A stretch of DNA of 60,192 nt, counting the filler, from Sluysia triapertura (taxonomy: Eukaryota), in assembly GCA_046118255.1 (NCBI GenBank). It is 5 parts of 5 records of this genome, joined end to end, with 100 filler letters (N's around TTAATTAATTAA, not from the genome) between each part and the next. Parts side by side here need not be neighbours in the genome. Positions count along the whole stretch, not along the records: positions 48,057 to 60,192 come from JBJNIA010135510.1; 4 more parts are not named here. One strand, written 5' to 3'. Below, one piece after another: positions 52,100 through 60,192 of the stretch. Each line of letters begins with the position of its first letter. Within the stretch, counting starts at the first letter, position 1. Under the pieces are notes generated by a model. It saw only the letters and a program-made list of their open reading frames with translations, ran no database searches and was not told the origin of the DNA. The position numbers and the translations under genes are program-made.

Positions 52100-53810
52100 A
52101 GTTTGTTTTTCTCTCCTTTTTTAAAGCTTTTAATAGAGCATGAGCGTGACTATGTAATAGAAATTCAGCTAAAAATTGGGAACAACCAATTATTAACTTC
52201 CAAGTAAAACCTGATATTTTATAAATACCTATTACTGAAAATATTTGAGATATTATAAGAGCGATAACTTTAATTATTACATATATACCTATGTTCGCTT
52301 TCTAGCTTGAAACAATTATGAAAAATTACTTTTAAAATGGGATAAATACTTTTAAAATGGGATAAATACTTTTAAAATGGGATAAATAACTAATTTTAAA
52401 TGGGATTTTAGTGATGAGTTTGACCAAAGATTAATTCTTGGGTTGTAAATTAAGTTGATTTTGAGTAATATTTTGAGGCAACGCATTTATGCCAAATTCT
52501 TATTATGAATAAGCTTACTTATAATTAGTAAAAATCGCCGACAGATAAATGATCCGAGTATTGTTTCCAAAAATGTGACTTAAATTCAAAAATGAAATTA
52601 TCTGACGAGCAAATTTGTGGATTTCTCAAAATTATATATAACGATCGGACTCGTGAATTCCAAAATTGTAGATTATTAGTAAATCATCCAAACTAGTTTT
52701 CACACTGTCTCAAAGAATTTCACTATTAGCTTTATTATTGTGCGTTACAATTCTTTTTATACTTGGTTCCAAGAATGACATAAATAAGCTTATTCGAATG
52801 AAAATATAAATAATTTTTAATGTTTACAATTTTGACTAATATGAATAATTGAAATTAAATTTTGATAGACAATTAATTTCATAAATATTTACATTAATAA
52901 TTTGGTATAAATGTAAAAAGATCATTTTTTAAAGTTTAATTTACAAATTTTAATGATTTATGAAATTTTCAAATAATAATAAAACTTTTTAATATTTACA
53001 AAATTTTTTCTACAATATTTATACAGTGTTTTTACAAAAATTTAATAATTACAAGATTTTTAAATAAAATTTTAATATTTACAATTTGTACATTTCATAT
53101 ATTAGTTATAGATAGTGTTTACACTATTAAACCAGAAAAGGCTTGACTTATAACTAAGAAATTTCCCCAAATTTGCTTTAAAGTACTCTGTGCTGCTTTT
53201 TTAAAATGATCAGGTCCTAATAATAATTCAAAATTTATTTTATCATCTTTTTCCACTATTGCTTTGTCAACTATATCTGTAAGTACTTTAGATCTTTTAA
53301 TAGGAAATAAAATTTCATGCCAAACTGCTTGTGTATCTTCATTAGAATAGATTCCTGAACTTGGAATATTTTTTGTAGCTGAAAATTTTAATTTCGTTTT
53401 TAATTATGTTAAACCAATGATTTCCGGAGTTTTAACTTGACTTCGATGTAGTAATGATATCCAAAGATATTCGGGAGCCATCACATTAGAGAAGTGTAAA
53501 GTTTATTAGTTGGCATAATAATTCTAGTGACTGGTTCTAAATAAGTATTTTGATTTTTATATATTACTGGTAATTCGTTAATACATTCATTTTCTTGCCT
53601 TATTTGTACTTCTACTTTTCTACATTTGTATGAGTATAAAACTTCGCCCATTAGCCTACCAAATACTCCTTCTAATGGAAGTAATGATGCTACTAAATCT
53701 GGGTTAGTTATTGCTACAGCTAATTTAGTTCTTAATATTTCTTTATTGAGTTGGCAATCCCTGGCTATCATAGTTTGATAAGCTTTTTCTAATGACATTA
53801 GTATTATAAT
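52100..53810 (-). pseudogene. env: Chuvirus-G/herpes-gB-like (class III) envelope glycoprotein C-terminal half, split by an insertion
   Basis: GEVLYSYKCRKVEVQIRQENECINELPVIYKNQNTYLEPVTRII, SSGIYS, QIWGNFLVISQAFSGLI|GIYVIIKVIALIISQIFSVIGIYKISGFTWKLIIGC membrane region. Confidence 0.75.
52292..53123. mobile_element. 832-bp TGT...ACA insertion (solo-LTR-like) inside env
   Basis: CTA(T) duplicated at both junctions; removal restores FSGLIGIYV; contains a 20-bp tandem repeat TACTTTTAAAATGGGATAAA. Confidence 0.75.
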
Positions 53811-55429
53811 AAAGAGATAAATTATAAAAGATTAAATTCTGTAGTTATAAAAGTTAAAATCAGTAGTTATTCATTCATTTTTACACCAGTTTTAATGCTG
53901 TGGTTAAACTCATTATATATATTCAAGATACAAGGAAACAGATTCGATTACATAAAAATGTGTCTATATTTATCTATTTTCACACTGGTTTAAATACGAT
54001 GATAAATTTACCATTTACAATCCTACTTAATACGAGATTAAAATAAAATCCATATATAATACGAAGATAAAGAATTATCGAGTTTCACTAAATTTAAAAG
54101 GAAGTTATAAGATAATCTTCATTGTTAGAAATTCAATTCTTTAACAGCACTGCGCATTATTCAAGCGATAATTATTTGTATAGTTAATAGCACCTCCACA
54201 TCTTTATCTGATTATTATCTAAACCCTCTGATCAAAGGTGAACTCACTAATCTATATTTATAATTTATAATTGTAAGTTAGCAGTGTTAAGGAGAACCAC
54301 ATCATACCAAATTTCTTTTCTTTAAAATGTTTTGATGCAATACGTCATGCGTTAACCTTACGTTACACGTCGATTTGGTGTTTATCTGAATTGGTATCTT
54401 AGTGCCAAACCATATAACATATACAACATATATAAATGTGGTGGCCAGCACGATTTCAGAAGGTTTTTTGATCCATAACATACTTTTACACAACATACAA
54501 ACCACACATTACATCTAAAATTATATTTTAAAATTCACAAAAAAGAAAAAGCAAAAGAAAATGAATATTCCACAAGACATCTTCAATTTCACTAAACTTC
54601 TTTCATTACCCTCTTTTCTACTTATTTTTACCTCTCATCACATTAAAATTTACCAAATTTATACTCTAAAATTCTGAAAATAAAACGAAATGAAATTTCT
54701 ATTACATACCCTCAATTCTATTAACTTTATGTTACAACTCTTCCTTTTACTCATTTTAACTTCTCCTCTTATCTAACTGTTTCTATCTATAACAATAATA
54801 TGGATTTTATTCAACAAGTCCCATCTAACAAAAAAGCACGAAGATCTTATAATATTAATCCATATACAGATCAATCGTTATACAACACCACAACTTTCAC
54901 AATCTTCTCTACAACATTCATTATCGTTGATTATATCTCGAAATCCAGCATCTGTTATTATTAATAATTCAATCTGTCAAGTGCCAAATGCACAGAATAT
55001 CAACAATTATGAGCATTTAAAGACACATCCGCTACAATTACTTTCACAACACCAGCAACAGCGATTTTAGTTCAAGAACCTAGCTAACAAGAAATAGTCA
55101 TTATATTCATCGATATATTAACATGCAAAAAAAGACGTAAATCAAAAGAACAAGCTTAAGAAGAAACAACAGATAAAGAATTAATCCTGAAGGTAGCACA
55201 AACATCGACCTTAATAAGTTGTACGGACAAAAAAACTTACGTATCAACTCCACGAACTTCTCAAATACCTGTAAATAATGATAATAAATTAGTGCAATGT
55301 ATTAAGTTGCAACTTTTGTATCAATAGCTATTTATGTACGCTACTAAAATTAGTATATTTTAATCTTGTGTAGATAAGACTGGCTTTTACTATGAACCGA
55401 TATTAAATAATTTCAAGATTATTTTAGGA

Positions 55430-55783
55430 TTGTCTGATGTTTTATATTATGAAATTTATAAAATAATAGATAATACGAAGCTCAATGAAAAATTCATTAA
55501 GTTAACCAAGATTAAACTAATTCATGAAATTATCAACTCAATTATAGCTAATGATTACTTAGAGAATATGAAGTTCAATGAAAAATTCATCAAGTCGACC
55601 AAAATTAGCAAGTCTAACTTAAATAATAAATCAGAGTTATTCCATGAAATAATTAAATCAATTAGAATTAAAGTTCATATTAGTAAAGCAAGCTATTTAA
55701 ATGAAGAGATATTAGTTTCAAGTGAAAAGGTTAACGATATCTATGACAAGTTTCGATTCATGAACAATATAATACGTCCATAA
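55430..55783 (+). CDS. Hypothetical ORF with an internal duplication
   Basis: NEKFIKxTKI and HEIIxSI each occur twice; no family recognised. Confidence 0.25.
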   Translation: MSDVLYYEIYKIIDNTKLNEKFIKLTKIKLIHEIINSIIANDYLENMKFNEKFIKSTKISKSNLNNKSELFHEIIKSIRIKVHISKASYLNEEILVSSEKVNDIYDKFRFMNNIIRP

Positions 55784-58279
55784 ACAAATTTTTTAAAAAG
55801 CTGTCTTGATAAAAGTCTATCACCAACGTGGAAAAAGAACATTATCCGATCAATCTATATTTTTTCCTATAATATATTTAATTTTATAAAAATTAATTAA
55901 AATAAATAATGATTACGTTATCTGCGTCGACATACTGCGTTTATTTCATCATTGACAATACTGATGCTATTCAGCATTACACCCTAATTCCAATGCTATT
56001 TTATCATGTACAGACATTTTTCACGAAATTAAACTTTTTAAATTAAATTAATTAATAAATCTACTTTTATATTTTTTACGACTAAGGCCTTACCATTGGT
56101 AATCTATTCATATCTTTCTCTTTATTTAATCAACAATACTTTATTTTTACACTATAAGTTATAACCCTTATATGTTGTTTTTGCACCGCATGTTTTTTAG
56201 TTTTATATTTTATTTTCAAATATAATTTTATCTTAACAGATTTGTTTCAAATTGCTTGAGCTACCCATATTTTGAATTTCAATGTGAATTTTGATTTAAC
56301 ATCAATAATAAATGCAAAAATAATTATAAGTTTAATTATCTAATTGTAATCAATCACATTAAATATAGACAAAGTAGAGTTAATGTAACCTAGTAGCAAC
56401 TGAATCATGGCAAGAATTAAGAAGAGTTCAGAATTCGACTTCATGATCTCTAAATAGTTTGTTTTCCTAATAAGATGTACTAAGTATCAACATTAACTAC
56501 AATACTTTTAAATGCTGAAGGTTAAACATCGAAAAGATCCGAAAGATATTACATATAAATCATCTTAAAGACATTTACTAAAGTGAATCAAACATTAAAT
56601 TAATTATATTATAGAGTGATTAGTCAGAAAATATTTTTACAATTCAAAATGGTTCACTGCATGAATAGTTTTCAAAATACAGGAATTTGTTAAAATAATC
56701 TTAACTTTTTAGAATAATAATTACTTTTCAATCTGTTTTTTGAAGCATAAATTTACATGGAATCCCACAATCATTATTTTCAATAATGATTTAGATATTG
56801 ATGTTTGATTATATTAAAGGGACAACGAATATTGAAGAATTAAGACATGTACAATGTAGTATCAGGATTATACTCAATATTCGAAAGATTAACAAAAACT
56901 TAAAATCATCATGGTTTATTAACTTGGTTGAACACATTTTAATTTGCTGTGCTCAATCAATTACTTAGCTATATTTCATTCTATTTATACAATCAAATAC
57001 AAATTTAATAATAAATCGATATTTTAGTCAATGAGAGAATTTCATAAAAAATTATTGAGTATCGAAAACACCACGAGTGGATACTAATTATTTTCTTTTT
57101 AAATTATTCTTCGTAATATAGCTATTTAATGTAGCTTTTGACTCTACATCACTCGTAGCTATGGCTCAACATAAATATTAACTCTTTATATTTATTCTAT
57201 ATCATTTAAATTTTACTTACTTACTCTATTAAACAGATAATATTGATCAATTAATTGTTTTTGTATTTTAATGAATTAAAATAACTATGATTTTGCATAT
57301 TTTAGCATTTAAAAAATTGATAATTATAAAAATAATAATAATGCTACGTCTTTATATATACTTCAATTAATTCCTTGCAAATTTACTTTTTATAAAAGTT
57401 CTAATAATCAAATAAACTAATTCAAACCTTGGTATTTCTAAAATCACAAATTTAACAATAACAAATGGTAATAATACATAAAATGGTAATGTCATTAAAA
57501 TCACAATAAACAAATCATAAATGACAATTATCACGACCTGACACTCTTAAATTTCAAATAACTATAATTTTCGTTAAACTTTTTCTTTATTTGTAAAAAT
57601 TTTAACCAGATAGCAACTTAATAAAATCAGTAAAGAATTAGTGATACTTAATACGGTCTTAAGTTTTATCATTTGCTCAATATTTAATTACCATTTCATT
57701 TAAAAGTCAATTTCCCTTTCAAGATATAAAATTTCTGCAGTTGTCAAAACACCCTTGTAACTATTTATAAGTTTGTTAAATATTTTAGATCTTCTTTAAC
57801 CGAATTCAAATTCATTACTATTAAATGAATTACTTTTAAGTTGATTATAATCTATTATTTTTTAATTTTTTTAATCAAAATACTACTTAATACTTATAAT
57901 ACTTATTTAGTAATGTATCAACCGACTGCGTGACTGTTGACCAGATTAAGTATGTAGATAAATTTTGTAATAATAAAGTCCTTCATTTTTTTCCTAACTT
58001 TGCTTCTACCCAAAATAATTACAAAATTGATTTAGCCACACATTTTCTCCTTATCGGAATTGATTCCGATATTACTTTGAACGATTTGGCCAACGCTCCA
58101 TAGTCTTTTGATAACTTGTACGTTGTTATGGCACGGGAGTTGTTAAAAATTACTTTGAGGAAGTTCCCATCTTTCTTTGAACATATTTTCCACGATAAAC
58201 CTTTCAAAATTGAACAAGTCTATAAGATCCGTTCAAGAATTCCTCACATCTTTGGCACTTTTTTCACTTGCTTTATATT

Positions 58280-58452
58280 TGTTGGAGTAAAAGGCCTATA
58301 AAATGCCAAGTAGTATAATTGAATATATTGAACAATGAAATTGTTTTACGGGGCTAATAGCTCAGTGGTAGAGCAGTCGAACCACCAAGCAACCACCAAG
58401 CGATGGTCTAGGGTTCGACCGACCTGGTCGGTCCATTTTACGAAGTCTAACA
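58280..58452 (+). mobile_element. 173-bp TG...CA element with internal tRNA-like cassette and 4-bp TSD TATT
   Basis: TATT|TGTTGG...GTCTAACA|TATT; colinear with 33306-33462; AACCACCAAGC duplicated in the loop. Confidence 0.85.
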
Positions 58453-59225
58453 TATTGAGCCACAATCATTTCGGTCCTTTTACAAAAAGGACATCTATAA
58501 CGCTGCAATGGTCTAAAGGTTCTTCTTTTACCCATGAGCCTCTTCTATTTTTGTTCCCTACCACCATGCGTTGGACTTTAAAAATAAAGCTTTAGAATGG
58601 GCTTGTACCCCATACAACAAGCGACATCATTAGGAATTTCTTGCATGACACGCATGATCTAAAGGGAAAATATTTGAAATCAGCAAAAGATATTAATGAC
58701 AGCCGTCGATACTTTTTTGGGCTACCTTCATGACGAAATCTTAGTATCCTTGAATCCTAAGCTAATTCTGCAAACATTGCGCATCTAGTTTTGTTAGCTT
58801 AAGGGCGTCATTAATTTAAACTATCAGAATATCTTAGCCTGGTCTAGACAAACTTTCACACTACTTTTATCCAGCGGATGGCTTCTGAGTTGGTCTCCTT
58901 GCTGGAATTAGGATCCTACTTTTATCTCTTCGTGTTCAGCACCTCTTCTTATTTTCTCTTTACTTACTATGTCCAGTCACACAAAACCCGTCCCACTTAT
59001 TTACGGCAGCTTCTGCAGACACGCGCCAGCAAAAGATAAGATCTGACATCCGATTCATGATTATCATCAGACTTGACTTAGACTAATTTTACAGACTTTA
59101 TTGTGATCATTTTTATATATTCATTAACATTGTTTTTATTTTCTACTTATTTATGATTATTTGTGGATACCATCTTACTATTCTAGTTATTTTAGAGTTG
59201 TGGATTTGAGAAAAAATCTTCCTAT

Positions 59226-59245
59226 GAGGGGAAGTATTTGTAGAG
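59226..59245 (+). promoter_or_regulatory. Candidate polypurine tract and 3' LTR start
   Basis: GAGGGGAAG followed within a few bases by TGTAG. Confidence 0.3.
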
Positions 59246-60192
59246 TCATTATTAAAAAAATCGTAAAGTTAATATTTGTAAAATTAAACAGTTAGTATTG
59301 TGAAAATTTATAAAACTATCATATTTAAATATTATTAAAAAACAAAATAAAAATCTAATCTTAGAAAAAAATTTTAATAATTGAGATAAATTTCAATTCT
59401 AAAAACAGCTGTAGCAGCTGAAAAATAATAAAAATTAAAATATTCATAATATTTTAGATTCCCAGCTGTAGCATCTGTTAAAGCGTATATAAAGTAAAAT
59501 TTTAATTATTCAACTCAACAAGAATTTTTAAAAATTTTAGAAGTAAAGAAAATGAACATTTAAAGATTTAAAAACAAAATATGACTCGAATCCACAAAAA
59601 ACTTTGCAGCTAAACAAACAAGCAGATCGACAGATTAAATAAAATTGATTTCGTAAGTTTTTACGTGTAGAATCATTTGCTTAAAATCTTAAATAAGTTA
59701 TAAAATCTTATTTAAGCTAGTTTAAACTAGCTGTAAAATCAATTAATATTAAAGTGAAAGGAACAATAAGAAAGGTTCTTATTAATAAATTTGATCCTAT
59801 TAATAAACTTGTTGTGTAGTTTATCGATATTTTGTTTAAGCAAGAATGCATAAAATTTATATGATCATGAAACAAAGTAACCAGAACATAGTAATGAGTA
59901 TAATTTGAGATTGGCCAAGCAGCTTGTATAATCAATTGCCAAAAAATTTTTAGTATAAACATATGTTTGAAACATTCTTTCATTAAATAACAAATATAGT
60001 CTACAGATAGAGAAGTTAGAGAATATTTTAATTTATCTAGTTCCGTTTCATGTTTCATTCCACTTATATCCAAATTAATATAAATAAGTATACAAAAATA
60101 AATCAGAAGAAGACTGTAAAGTAAAGTAATGTAAGTCTAAACATAAATAATCAATTATTATTAGGTCAATATTCAATTTATCAAAGTCTAAA

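Noticed and set aside
52289-53125. GT-AG intron within env
   Set aside because: The available GT/AG junctions do not restore the frame; a flanking duplication and TG...CA ends indicate an insertion

Overview
Very AT-rich animal (invertebrate-type) genomic DNA made of five segments joined by four artificial 100-bp N-TTAATTAATTAA-N spacers, so adjacency across the spacers is not biological. The window is mostly decayed mobile DNA. The main component is one Ty3/gypsy family seen in four fragments (about 2-9.9 kb minus, 22.3-22.9 kb, 25.07-25.67 kb, 50.2-53.8 kb minus). Together these suggest an unusual virus-like layout: gag(CCHC), a chuvirus-G/herpes-gB-like glycoprotein placed BEFORE protease-RT-RNaseH, integrase, a SECOND aspartic protease, then membrane-protein and RING-H2 accessory ORFs. 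Also present: a 157-173 bp TG...CA element with 4-bp TSDs that carries an internal tRNA-like Pol III cassette with a variable anticodon loop (4 copies); arrays of covarying bulged-A RNA hairpins; remnants of pogo/Tigger, hAT, piggyBac-like and L2 elements; and host-gene fragments (TRPA, nephrin-like Ig, TUTase/PAP-like, CLASP exons, Rab32/38-like). All family calls are by-eye motif recognition; no searches were run.
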